A stretch of DNA of 64,000 bases from an uncultured Phycisphaerales bacterium (lineage in GTDB: Bacteria; Planctomycetota; Phycisphaerae; Phycisphaerales; SM1A02): contig CALKEP010000022.1 of NCBI GenBank assembly GCA_938084645.1, forward strand, positions 64,001-128,000. Reading direction: 5' to 3'. Below the pieces are notes generated by a model that saw only the letters and a list, made by a program, of their open reading frames with translations, did not search any database and was not told where the DNA came from. How positions within the stretch are numbered: position 1 is the stretch's first letter; every line of letters starts with the position of its first letter. Made by a program: the position numbers and the translations under genes. This document shows, in pieces, positions 47,847 to 57,091 of this stretch.

Positions 47847-48437
47847 TTACGCCGGTGGGAGCAGGATTCCCTCGGCGATGCTTGCAATCGGTTCGACGTA
47901 CTGCATCGCGGGGCCTGAGAGTACGCCTGCATGAATGTCGCGCGCTGGTCCGATGAGCGCTGCACGGAAAGCCGAGAAACTGATCGGCGTCAATTCCCAC
48001 CGCCGTCCGTCCGGCGGTGCCAGTCGATCGAGCGACTCCCTGAACAACTTGGAGTTCGCGTGATAGGCGACGGACGTGACGCCGATGATCGAAGGGAACG
48101 CCAGCAATGTATAGGCGAACGCGTTCGGACGCTCGTCGTAGAAGCGATAGCTCTCCGTGATCCAGATCCGGATGAACGATCTCGGGTCGGTTTCGGCGCG
48201 GGTCGCGTTCCGTCTCGACTCGGCGAGTTCAAGGGCCAGTTCGGCGAAGATCTCCTCCTGCATCCGGCCCTTGTTTTCGAAGTGGTGATAGATCACCGCT
48301 TCGTTGCATCCCGCTTCGCGAGCGATGGTCCGGACGCTGGCGGCATGACGACCCTGTTCGCCCACGACCTTGATCGCCGCATCGACGATCCGTCGTCTCG
48401 TGGCGAGCCGGGTCGGGCTGTTCTTCCTCGTCTGCAT
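47847..48437 (-). CDS. TetR/AcrR-family regulator
   Basis: TRRRIVDAA..SVRTIAREAGCNEAVIYHHFENK. Confidence 0.9.
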   Translation of the reverse strand: MQTRKNSPTRLATRRRIVDAAIKVVGEQGRHAASVRTIAREAGCNEAVIYHHFENKGRMQEEIFAELALELAESRRNATRAETDPRSFIRIWITESYRFYDERPNAFAYTLLAFPSIIGVTSVAYHANSKLFRESLDRLAPPDGRRWELTPISFSAFRAALIGPARDIHAGVLSGPAMQYVEPIASIAEGILLPPA

Positions 48438-48627
48438 GTTCCTCGAAGCTCCGTATGGGTTCTCTGACCCACCCCTGATCCACCCCGGTGGGGAATCCTA
48501 TCGCCTGCTCGGGGCGTGGCTACTTCAAAGCCAGAAATTTCTCGCCGTGGTGGCTGCGTCAAAAAAGGGGTTTTTGACCACACGGAGAAGACTGCCGACA
48601 GATTCCGACAATTTACCCCGCCTTTTG

Positions 48628-48656
48628 TTCGCAAGACTTGTGGCGGGGACTATATT
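48628..48656 (+). promoter_or_regulatory. Putative sigma70-type promoter (TTCGCA-17 nt-TATATT)
   Basis: Lies in an unusually AT-rich stretch; exact 17-nt spacing. Confidence 0.5.
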
Positions 48657-48660
48657 TTTT

Positions 48661-48770
48661 GTGACTTTCTTATTCAGACTCTTTCGTCCGGGGTCTTGGT
48701 ACTCGCTTCGGCTTTTGCCGAGACCCCCTTCAAGCCTCTCGGTTCTTCGGAACCGAGAGGCTTCTTATCG
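48661..48770 (+). ncRNA. Candidate small structured RNA or attenuating leader upstream of solA
   Basis: Two hairpins (48690-48727, 48732-48763), both capped by cUUCGg, downstream of the putative promoter. Confidence 0.45.
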
Positions 48771-48847
48771 GCGTTGATCGCGCCGCAGTGGGCAGCCAGC
48801 TCGATTCTTCTGCCGGGTGTCGGTCCGTGGCGTCGATGACACGACAT

Positions 48848-50014
48848 ATGAAGCCCGTCGACGCGATCGTTCTTGGCCTGGGCGGCATGGGGGCCTCGAC
48901 GCTGGCAGCGCTCTCGCGGCGAGGAGTCGACGCGCTCGGCATCGATCAGGAACCCCTGCCTCATGCCCGAGGGAGTTCACACGGGGGAAGTCGGATCATT
49001 CGCCGGGCGTACTTCGAGCATGCTGACTACGTCCCGCTCCTGAATGCATCCTTCGAAGGCTGGCGGCGATTGGAGCAGGCGTCCGGCTCGACCTGTTTTC
49101 ATCGGACCGGCGTGCTTCTGGTGGGGCCGGCCGACTCCACGATCATCCAGGCGTCGCGATCGAGCGCGGATGCTCACGGCGTACCGGTGGAACTGTTCGA
49201 CCCGGATCGGATGCGACGCCGGTTCCCTCAGTTCGCGCGTGATCGGGGGTGGTGGGGGCTCTTCGAGCCGGATGCGGGATTCGTCGATCCGGAGGCCGGC
49301 GTCCACGCCCATCTTGCGATGGCCCGGCGGTCGGGTGCCTCGATTCGCAGGCCGATGAAGGTCATCTCCGTCGATGGCGACGACCATGAGGCGGTGGTCC
49401 GGACGGACCGCGAGGAGATCCGGACGAATCGACTCGTGGTGGCCGCGGGCGCATGGACCTCATCGCTGCTCGGTGATCACCTGTCGGTGCCGCTGATCCC
49501 GAACCGGAAGGCCATGGTCTGGTTCGAGCCGGTGGATCCCCGGGCCTGCTCGCCGGCGGAGATGCCCGCCTGGCTGATCGACGACGGCCATGCCGCTGGA
49601 TGCTATTACGGCGTTCCGGCCTGGCCGGGGCAATCGGCTCCACTCGGGGTGAAGATCGGTCTTCACGGTCCCGGAAGCGTGGTGGATCCAGATGCATCCC
49701 ACGAGATCACGGAGATCACGCCCGAGGTGGTCGATCGATTCACCGTGGATCTCGCGGATCGCCTCCCCGGCGTTCTCAAAGGCCCGATCGCCGCGCAGGC
49801 GTGCCTCTACACGATGAGTCCCGACGAGCACTTCGTTGTCGACCGTCTTCCCGGTCGGGGCTCGATGGTCGTGGTCGGCGGATTCAGCGGACACGGGTAC
49901 AAGTTCGCGCCGGTCATCGGAGAGATCGCCGCCGACCTCGCGATCGACGGAGCCACTGCCCAGCCGGCCGGGTTCCTGGGGCTTGATCGATTTCGCGAAG
50001 ATCAGCTCGAGTGA
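48848..50014 (+). CDS. solA: N-methyl-L-tryptophan oxidase / monomeric sarcosine oxidase family flavoprotein
   Basis: GLGGMG, GSSHGGSRIIRRAY, AAGAW, CLYTMSPDEHF (covalent FAD Cys), GFSGHGYKF. Confidence 0.88.
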   Translation: MKPVDAIVLGLGGMGASTLAALSRRGVDALGIDQEPLPHARGSSHGGSRIIRRAYFEHADYVPLLNASFEGWRRLEQASGSTCFHRTGVLLVGPADSTIIQASRSSADAHGVPVELFDPDRMRRRFPQFARDRGWWGLFEPDAGFVDPEAGVHAHLAMARRSGASIRRPMKVISVDGDDHEAVVRTDREEIRTNRLVVAAGAWTSSLLGDHLSVPLIPNRKAMVWFEPVDPRACSPAEMPAWLIDDGHAAGCYYGVPAWPGQSAPLGVKIGLHGPGSVVDPDASHEITEITPEVVDRFTVDLADRLPGVLKGPIAAQACLYTMSPDEHFVVDRLPGRGSMVVVGGFSGHGYKFAPVIGEIAADLAIDGATAQPAGFLGLDRFREDQLE

Positions 50015-50075
50015 GTCCGCTATTCTCAAGAAGAGGGCGGCTGCTCGTGCCGCCTCGCAATCCGGAGTCCCTCGA

Positions 50076-50948
50076 ATGAAGATGCCCCTTCCGAAACCAC
50101 CCTGCGCTCGTGCCGCATCGATCGCGCTGATGCTCCTCGTCGTCTTCGTCTCGCATGGGAAGGCCACGGCGCAGCTCGACACGAACTTCGAGCCCCGGAC
50201 CTTCGCGGGCTCGCCCACGCTGGCCCGTGCCGTCGCGCAGCCGGCGAAGGAGGGTGGGCCGGTGCTGTTCCGCAACTACCGGTTCGACTCCGACGGCGTG
50301 CTGACGGCGATCGAACAGGGCACCGATGCGATGGGAACGACTCTGGAGGTCTCGTTCGAGTCGGACTCGGAGGGCCGGCCGGTGCGAATGACCACGGTGT
50401 TCATGGGAAACACGGGCTGGATCGAGACCTTCGAATACGACGATGACGGGCGACTCGTCGAGTGGACGAAGACCAACCCGCGGGCGAACACGGTGATCGA
50501 GTCCCGTCGGCACGTCCATGACGAGGACGGACGGCGGATCCGCACGGTGTCGACCCGGGCGGGGCGACCGTCCGAGGACACCGATCGGACCTTCAACGAG
50601 GCCGGCAAGGTCGTACTCGAGCGGACCACCTCCGAGGGCAAGATCGTCCGGGAGGAGGTCTTCGACTACGACGCGCGTGGATGTCTGGTCGGGACCAACG
50701 TCACCATGTCGAAGGGACGGCAATCGTCACGTCGATGGGAACGAGGGCCGGATTGTCGAAGCGTCCGGGAGACCGTTCGATCCTTCGCGGGCAAGACGAC
50801 CGTCATCGAAACGACCTTCGACGACAAGGGCAATCCGGTCAGCGAGACCACGCTGCGTGAGGGCGCGACTCGCCCCGGCGTGATCACCTGGAGCTTCGAG
50901 TATCCCGCGGTGGCCGTTCCCGAGCGTGGGGAATCGGAAGGGCCGTGA
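50076..50948 (+). CDS. Secreted protein composed of YD/RHS-like repeats
   Basis: Signal peptide; repeats such as FEYDDDGRL, FDYDARGCL, TFDDKGNPV. Confidence 0.7.
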   Translation: MKMPLPKPPCARAASIALMLLVVFVSHGKATAQLDTNFEPRTFAGSPTLARAVAQPAKEGGPVLFRNYRFDSDGVLTAIEQGTDAMGTTLEVSFESDSEGRPVRMTTVFMGNTGWIETFEYDDDGRLVEWTKTNPRANTVIESRRHVHDEDGRRIRTVSTRAGRPSEDTDRTFNEAGKVVLERTTSEGKIVREEVFDYDARGCLVGTNVTMSKGRQSSRRWERGPDCRSVRETVRSFAGKTTVIETTFDDKGNPVSETTLREGATRPGVITWSFEYPAVAVPERGESEGP

Positions 50949-51093
50949 GCCTGCTCGCCACCATCAGGAATCACCGCGCGGGGGGAGATCGGGTGGATAC
51001 CATCTCCTCGTCGACGTCAACCATCCGGTGGCCGGTCCTGTCCTGACGGGAACGGCCACGCATCCTGACTTTCAAGGACTGGACGAATCCCTC

Positions 51094-51537
51094 ATGTTCC
51101 GACTCCGGCGATCCCATCTCTCCACGCTCGTGCTGATCTCGAGCGCGGCCGCGCTTTCGGCGTGTGCTTCGAATTCCGCGTCCCGGGGAGCCGATTCCGT
51201 GGAGGCGATCCATCCCGACGCGGTGACGGAGATCTCGATCAACGTCGGCAGTTCGGTCGCCCTGATGCTTCCGGGCAACGCAGGCACGGGCTACGAATGG
51301 GTGCTCGCGGGCGATCTCCCCGGGTTCCTTCGTCAGCGCGGCGTCTCCGAGTTCGTGGCGAAGGATATCTCCAAGGTGGGTTCGCAAGGCGACACCAGAT
51401 TCGTCTTCGAGGCGATGGAGACCGGGGAGGGGGCGATCCGGTTCCACTACCTCCGTTCGTGGAAGCAGGACGCGAAGCCGGCGCGATGGGCCGAGGCCGA
51501 CATCACCGCCATCGTCGCGAAGTCCGGCGGCGGTTGA
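51094..51537 (+). CDS. Chagasin-family (I42) cysteine protease inhibitor lipoprotein
   Basis: LSAC lipobox; LPGNAGTGYEW, VGSQG, YLRSW motifs. Confidence 0.85.
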   Translation: MFRLRRSHLSTLVLISSAAALSACASNSASRGADSVEAIHPDAVTEISINVGSSVALMLPGNAGTGYEWVLAGDLPGFLRQRGVSEFVAKDISKVGSQGDTRFVFEAMETGEGAIRFHYLRSWKQDAKPARWAEADITAIVAKSGGG

Positions 51538-51677
51538 TCGGCCGCATCGTCGGCCCGGCATGGGCGCCGTCCAGCTCCCACAAAGTTGAAATGAAAGTCC
51601 CCCGTCGCGTCTTCTCCGTGGACGGCGGTTCGGGATGGCTCGCCGCGCGATCGGATCAAAACGGGATCGGAGGCGAC

Positions 51678-51893
51678 ATGCACCTGTTCGACATGCTGGG
51701 AATCGAAGTCGAGGGGCCCGAGGGCCCGGTTCAGGTCGAGGCGACCTTCGCGGCACTGCCTCCGAATCACGGTGGTCCGACGATCTGCACGCGGGAGCGA
51801 TTTCTTGGAGAGGTTCGTGATCGGGCGGGCCGTCGATGGCATGCCATGATCGAGGACCGCCACGCCCGGTTCCTCGGCCCGGCCGACGAATGA
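51678..51893 (+). CDS. Small hypothetical protein (71 aa)
   Basis: GGAGG RBS before ATG; coding-like codons. Confidence 0.55.
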   Translation: MHLFDMLGIEVEGPEGPVQVEATFAALPPNHGGPTICTRERFLGEVRDRAGRRWHAMIEDRHARFLGPADE

Positions 51894-51911
51894 TCCCGAC
51901 GCCCGCGTCGA

Positions 51912-52415
51912 TCAGGGCGGTGTCACCACCGGGGCCGAGCCGCCGTGACGATGCACCAGCAGCCCGCCCTCATGGGCGGTGAGCCCGATCAGCCCCGCGT
52001 TCAGGAACACGAACGCGGCCGACGCGATTCCAAGACCGAGGCGGAACCGGCGCCTCGGAACGAGCGTCATGGCGACGAGGCCGGCGTTGGCGGCGAGGAG
52101 GATCGGAATGATCTCTCCGCGACTCGCATGATCGGCCAGGACGTCGCGGGCCACGTCGGTACGGAGTCTGGTTTCCACGATCGGTTCCGCGGCTTCACCG
52201 GCTTCCCCCGCCTGCCACGCCACGACCGCGGTTGCGAAGAGCACGATCGCGAGCACCAGCCGGTAGGTGACGGCCGGACGTCCCGGAATCCCACAGAGGG
52301 CGAGCACGAACGGGACTGCGAGGACCGAGATCGCGATCGGGAAGTGCACGAGCATCGCGTGACGGGTCACGGGGTCTGCAAAGGACTGGCGAAGGCTCTC
52401 GAGAAGGTCCGACAT
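51912..52415 (-). CDS. DUF2231-like membrane protein
   Basis: HAMLVHFPIA, conserved His, TAHEGGLLVHRHG; four TM segments. Confidence 0.8.
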   Translation of the reverse strand: MSDLLESLRQSFADPVTRHAMLVHFPIAISVLAVPFVLALCGIPGRPAVTYRLVLAIVLFATAVVAWQAGEAGEAAEPIVETRLRTDVARDVLADHASRGEIIPILLAANAGLVAMTLVPRRRFRLGLGIASAAFVFLNAGLIGLTAHEGGLLVHRHGGSAPVVTPP

Positions 52416-52472
52416 CGTGTGCGGTTCCGAAGGGTGTAGGCTGGGAGCCGGATTGGTGTTCCGAGCCCCTCG

Positions 52473-53546
52473 ATGGAGCCTACCACCGTGAATCGATGCA
52501 TCGCACACCGGTTTCTCCTGAGGCTCGGTCTCGTGTTGGTCGTCGGCGGATCCGCCGACGCGGTCGACGAGCCTTCGCCCGAGCGCCCCTTCGTCTTCGA
52601 GCGGGCGGTGTGGCACGGGGTGGATGACGCACCGTGGTCCATCGACGCGGCGGCGTTCGACGGTACGCCGGATCGCTCCGAGGTCGTGACGAGTCCGGTG
52701 GGGTTCGTCGACGCTGGTGACGGGTCGCGGCAGCGTCTGCGTGGCTGGATCGAGGCGCCTCGAACCGGGGCCTATCGATTCTCGATCGCGTCGGACGATG
52801 ACGGGGTCCTGCTGCTTTCGACCTCGGAGGACCCGGCGAACGGGCGTCCCATCGCTTCGGTCCGTGGTTTCACGGGGCGGGACGAGTTCGATCGGCAGCC
52901 CACGCAGACCTCTCGTCCGATCGTGCTCATCAAGGGGCGGCGGTACCACCTCGAGGCACGCCAGCGGAACGTCGACGGCACGGGGCATCTCTCCGTGGCG
53001 TGGCAGGTTCCGGGGGGGCCTTCGGGCATCCACGTCCCGATCGGGATGCGTCTGGAGCCCGCGTTTCGACTGGAGGTCTGGAATGGGGTCGCTCGTGGCG
53101 AGCCGTATCCACTCGAGGTGCTTCAAACCCCTCCGAGCCGGGTCGAAGATCTCTATTCGATGTATTCCGCGGATGTCGGGACGAACGTCGCCACCCGGCT
53201 CCGGGGTCGATTCAGGGCTCCTGCATCCGGCCCGTACCGCTTTCAGGTCACGGCGGACGATCTCGCGACCCTCCGAATGAGACGGTCGGGCGAGTCCGGG
53301 GAATGGCGGTCGATCGCGGGCCTTTCCAGCTGGACGCCACCCGATGTCTGGACCGGCCGGACCGGCCAGGTGTCCGAGCCGGTGGAGCTGGCGGAGGGTG
53401 AAGTCGTCGAGCTGGAGGTGCTTCACTGGCAGGGAGCCGGTCCGGGGCACGTCGGTGTCGGGGTGAGCGGACCGAATGGCCTCGATTCCCGGCCCCTCCG
53501 CGCCGTCTCGATTCCGGATCGAAAGGGAGAATCCGAAACCCAGTGA
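52473..53546 (+). CDS. Secreted tandem PA14-domain protein
   Basis: Two repeats: RLRGWIEAPRTGAYRFSIASDD..GHLSVAW and RLRGRFRAPASGPYRFQVTADD..GHVGVG. Confidence 0.8.
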   Translation: MEPTTVNRCIAHRFLLRLGLVLVVGGSADAVDEPSPERPFVFERAVWHGVDDAPWSIDAAAFDGTPDRSEVVTSPVGFVDAGDGSRQRLRGWIEAPRTGAYRFSIASDDDGVLLLSTSEDPANGRPIASVRGFTGRDEFDRQPTQTSRPIVLIKGRRYHLEARQRNVDGTGHLSVAWQVPGGPSGIHVPIGMRLEPAFRLEVWNGVARGEPYPLEVLQTPPSRVEDLYSMYSADVGTNVATRLRGRFRAPASGPYRFQVTADDLATLRMRRSGESGEWRSIAGLSSWTPPDVWTGRTGQVSEPVELAEGEVVELEVLHWQGAGPGHVGVGVSGPNGLDSRPLRAVSIPDRKGESETQ

Positions 53547-53715
53547 ACCGGCGAACACGGCAACGAGTACCACCGAATCGCAGGAGCAACCCCGCTTCCG
53601 GTCACCGGTAGCGTTGGAAGCCCCTATTCTGTCATCACCAGGTCCGTCGATGCCTCTGAACGGTGTATGCATCTGCGGTCGAAATCAAGCTCCAAACCGT
53701 CCGGAGACCCGAATC

Positions 53716-56487
53716 ATGGTCCGATCCAGAGCCCTTCTTCTCGCCGGGGTGACCGGCCTGACGTCCATCGTCGCCGCCATGCCGGCGACTGCGATGCAGG
53801 CCCCTCCGGGTGCCCGCGCGACCCAGGACTTTCCGCCGTTCGAGAAGATCTCGGAAGGCTTCACGGAAGTGGCCCCGGCCGACGGCGCCCGAGGCATGTA
53901 CCGGGTCTGGGTGAACAAGAAGACCCAGCGAACGCTCGCCGAGCTGCCCCGGAACTTCGAGAAGCAGGACCTCTTCATGGCTTGGACGGTCGCGTCCGGC
54001 GTGCAGACGTCCGCGGTCCAGACCGGCGACCAGTACGCCCGTTGGAAGCGATTCGGAAAGCGGCTCGCCCTCGTCGAGCCGAACTACGCGGTGATCTCCT
54101 CCGGTGACAAGCAGAGCAAGGACGCGACGCAGCGGGTCTTCACCGACCGCGTGATTCTCGAAGTCCCGATTCTCACGATGGGGCCCGGTGGCGGTCCGGT
54201 GATCGACCTGAACAGCCTCTTCGTGAATCAGGCGACCAGCTTCTTCGGTCGCGTCGCCGCGGGTGCCAACTCCAGGCTCGCGACGGTCGAGAAGGCGAAG
54301 ACCTTCCCGGGCAACGTCGAGCTCTGCTACCAGATGCCCCTCAGCAGCGGTCGATTCGCGAAGCTCTACTACTCGATCGCGTTGATTCCCTCCAACACCG
54401 GCTATCGCCCCCGGGAGGCGGACGATCGCGTCGGCTACTTCACGACCAGCATCCAGGACCTGGGCGACCCGGCCGCGGACACCCCGTGGAAGCGATACGT
54501 CAATCGCTGGCATCTGGAGAAGGCGGACCCCAGTCTCAAGATGAGCCCGCCCAAGAAGCCCATCGTCTTCTACGTCGAGCACACCGTGCCGGTGCGCTAT
54601 CGTCGCTGGGTCCGCGACGGCATTCTCGAGTGGAACAAGGCCTTCGAGGAGATCGGCATCGTCAACGCGGTCGAGGTCTACCAGCAGGACAAGCTGACCG
54701 GGGCCCACATGGACAAGGACCCCGAGGACGCGCGATACAACTTCATGGTCTGGACCAACGCGAACATGGGCTTCGCGATCGGACCCAGCCGGGTCCATCC
54801 CAAGACCGGTCAGATTCTCGACGCCGACATCGTCATGGATGAAGGCTTCGTCAGCTCCTGGGTCGACGGCTGGCAGCGCCAGATCCCCCATGCGGCGATG
54901 GAGAGCCTCGGCGCCGAGACGGTGGAGTGGCTGATCGACAATCCTGAATTCGATCCGCGGGTGATCCTCGCGGCCCCGCAGGATCGCGAGCAGGTGGCGA
55001 CCGACATCGCGGCTCGTTACGAGGAACTCCGAGGCAAGGGCCTGCGAGCCATGCACCCGAGTCTCGACGGTCCCGGAAAGCTCGTCGCGGGCGCCGGCCC
55101 CGAAGGGCACGCCGTCGAAAGCGACGCTCACGCCTGCACGGCGTGCCAGAACGCGATGCGGAAGTCGATGGACGTCGCCTTCATGCGGATGAACGCCGAG
55201 CTGCTCGGTCTTTCGGACACGACGGATCCGGACGGCCAGAAGCTCGACGGAATCCCCGAGGAGTTCATCGGTCCCCTCCTCAAGGAGGTGATCATGCACG
55301 AGGTCGGGCACACGCTCGGTCTTCGGCACAACTTCGTCGGCTCCGAACTCGTCTCCTACGAGGAGATGAACAGCGATGGCTTCGATGGCCCCATCTCCTC
55401 GTCGGTGATGGACTACCTGCCGGTCAACATCGCATTCGGCGACGAGGTGGTGCAGGGACCGTGGACCACCACCACGCTCGGGCCCTACGACATGTGGGCG
55501 ATCGCCTACGGGTACACCCCCGGCAAGACGGACGAGGTCCTCGCGCGTTGCGGTGAGCCCGCACTGCGGTACCTGACCGACGAGGACACCCAGGGGCCCG
55601 ACCCCATGGCTCGTCGCTTCGACCATGCCCAGAACCCGCTCGACTACGTCGATGCCCAGCTCGCGATCGTCGAGGAACTTCGTGGCCGGATCATCGATGA
55701 GATGGTCGACGACGGCGAAGGCTGGTCCAAGGCCCGGGCCGGGTATCTCATGACCCTCTCGAAGCATCTCGGCGCGGTGAGCATCGCCGGAAACTGGATC
55801 GGCGGAAGCACCATCAACCGCGTCAAGAAGGGTGCGGAGATCGACCCGATCACCGACATCCCGGCCGATCAGCAGCGGCGGGCGCTGGCGGTCGTGCTCG
55901 ATGCGACCACGCCCGACGCGGCCTACGGTCTGACTCCGGAACTGCTCCGGAAGATGACGGTCGAGAAGTGGTTCGACGGCGGTGGCATGAGAGCGGCGGC
56001 GATGGATCCCACCTTCGACGTCCACAACCGAATCGGCAGCGTCCAGAACACGGCGCTGACGCTGGTCCTCAATCCCACCACGCTGAACCGGATGTACGAC
56101 AACGAGTTCCGGGCGGTCGAGGGTGAGGACGTGCTCACCATTCCGGAGACCATGGCGAGTGTGAAGGCCGCGGTCTGGACCGAGCTGGACGCTCGCCCGA
56201 ACGGGAACCGCAGCAACACCGACGCGTACATCTCCAGTCTTCGTCGCAACCTCCAGCGTGCCCATCTTGAACGACTGGTGGCCCTCTCCGGCGGAAGTCC
56301 TCGCTTCGGTCCCTCCGAGGGCGCCGTCGCGAGTCTCTCTCGACAGCAGCTTCGCGAGCTCGACGAGCAGATCGGCGAAGTGCTGAGTCGGGACGGAAGC
56401 CGGCTCGACGCCTATTCACGAGCTCACCTCGCGGATGCCAAGGCGATCATCGATCGGGTCTTGAACGCGGATTACGTCTACAACTGA
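53716..56487 (+). CDS. Secreted zinc-dependent metalloprotease (DUF5117/DUF4953-type)
   Basis: PREADDRVGYF, NRWHLEK, GILEWNKAFE, HEVGHTLGLRHNF, SVMDY, GPYD. Confidence 0.92.
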   Translation: MVRSRALLLAGVTGLTSIVAAMPATAMQAPPGARATQDFPPFEKISEGFTEVAPADGARGMYRVWVNKKTQRTLAELPRNFEKQDLFMAWTVASGVQTSAVQTGDQYARWKRFGKRLALVEPNYAVISSGDKQSKDATQRVFTDRVILEVPILTMGPGGGPVIDLNSLFVNQATSFFGRVAAGANSRLATVEKAKTFPGNVELCYQMPLSSGRFAKLYYSIALIPSNTGYRPREADDRVGYFTTSIQDLGDPAADTPWKRYVNRWHLEKADPSLKMSPPKKPIVFYVEHTVPVRYRRWVRDGILEWNKAFEEIGIVNAVEVYQQDKLTGAHMDKDPEDARYNFMVWTNANMGFAIGPSRVHPKTGQILDADIVMDEGFVSSWVDGWQRQIPHAAMESLGAETVEWLIDNPEFDPRVILAAPQDREQVATDIAARYEELRGKGLRAMHPSLDGPGKLVAGAGPEGHAVESDAHACTACQNAMRKSMDVAFMRMNAELLGLSDTTDPDGQKLDGIPEEFIGPLLKEVIMHEVGHTLGLRHNFVGSELVSYEEMNSDGFDGPISSSVMDYLPVNIAFGDEVVQGPWTTTTLGPYDMWAIAYGYTPGKTDEVLARCGEPALRYLTDEDTQGPDPMARRFDHAQNPLDYVDAQLAIVEELRGRIIDEMVDDGEGWSKARAGYLMTLSKHLGAVSIAGNWIGGSTINRVKKGAEIDPITDIPADQQRRALAVVLDATTPDAAYGLTPELLRKMTVEKWFDGGGMRAAAMDPTFDVHNRIGSVQNTALTLVLNPTTLNRMYDNEFRAVEGEDVLTIPETMASVKAAVWTELDARPNGNRSNTDAYISSLRRNLQRAHLERLVALSGGSPRFGPSEGAVASLSRQQLRELDEQIGEVLSRDGSRLDAYSRAHLADAKAIIDRVLNADYVYN

Positions 56488-56530
56488 TCCGTCGGGTCGT
56501 GCTCGAGCGATCCGGTTCGAAGAAACACGA

Positions 56531-56561
56531 GGAGGGCCGTCCACGGACGGCCCTCCTTTTT
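56531..56561 (+). terminator. Intrinsic terminator
   Basis: ggagggccgtc-cacg-gacggccctcc followed by ttttt. Confidence 0.85.
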
Positions 56562-56588
56562 CGTGCAACGACCGGACCGGATCACGGT

Positions 56589-57020
56589 CTACTCGTCGGC
56601 CTTCGGGGCGTTGGCGTAGAACACCGCCTCGAAGTCGTACCACTTGATGGTCTTTTCGCCGAATGCGGGTCCGAACGACTCGGTGCTTCCGACGCGTCCG
56701 CTGCCGGCCCGCATCTTCGCGGATTCGTTTCCAGCGGAGTAGCTCGGCGCGAATCTCCACCAGTACGATCCCGCGCCGACTTCGGCCGCGGCGGCGCGAG
56801 CTTCCTTGTCACCGGGAAGTTCGCCGATCTCCATCTTCTTCGAGAACCGGCTGGTACCGAGTCGGGGTGCGTTCGTCTTGGCCACGATTCGAACCGGATC
56901 GCCCGTGGACGTCTGGCGGGTTCCCACGTAGTTCTCGATGAACGGATTCACGCATCCGCCGAGGGCGAGGACCCCGGTCACGAGCAAGGATCGGACGATC
57001 GGTCGAAGGCTTGATGGCAT
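56589..57020 (-). CDS. Hypothetical lipoprotein
   Basis: LGGC lipobox then VNPFIENY. Confidence 0.75.
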   Translation of the reverse strand: MPSSLRPIVRSLLVTGVLALGGCVNPFIENYVGTRQTSTGDPVRIVAKTNAPRLGTSRFSKKMEIGELPGDKEARAAAAEVGAGSYWWRFAPSYSAGNESAKMRAGSGRVGSTESFGPAFGEKTIKWYDFEAVFYANAPKADE

Positions 57021-57091
57021 CACGAAATCCTGGGAGGCGAGGTCGGAGCGGATGGAATCGGCCGGTGATGCCGGATCCGTCGGGATGGCGA

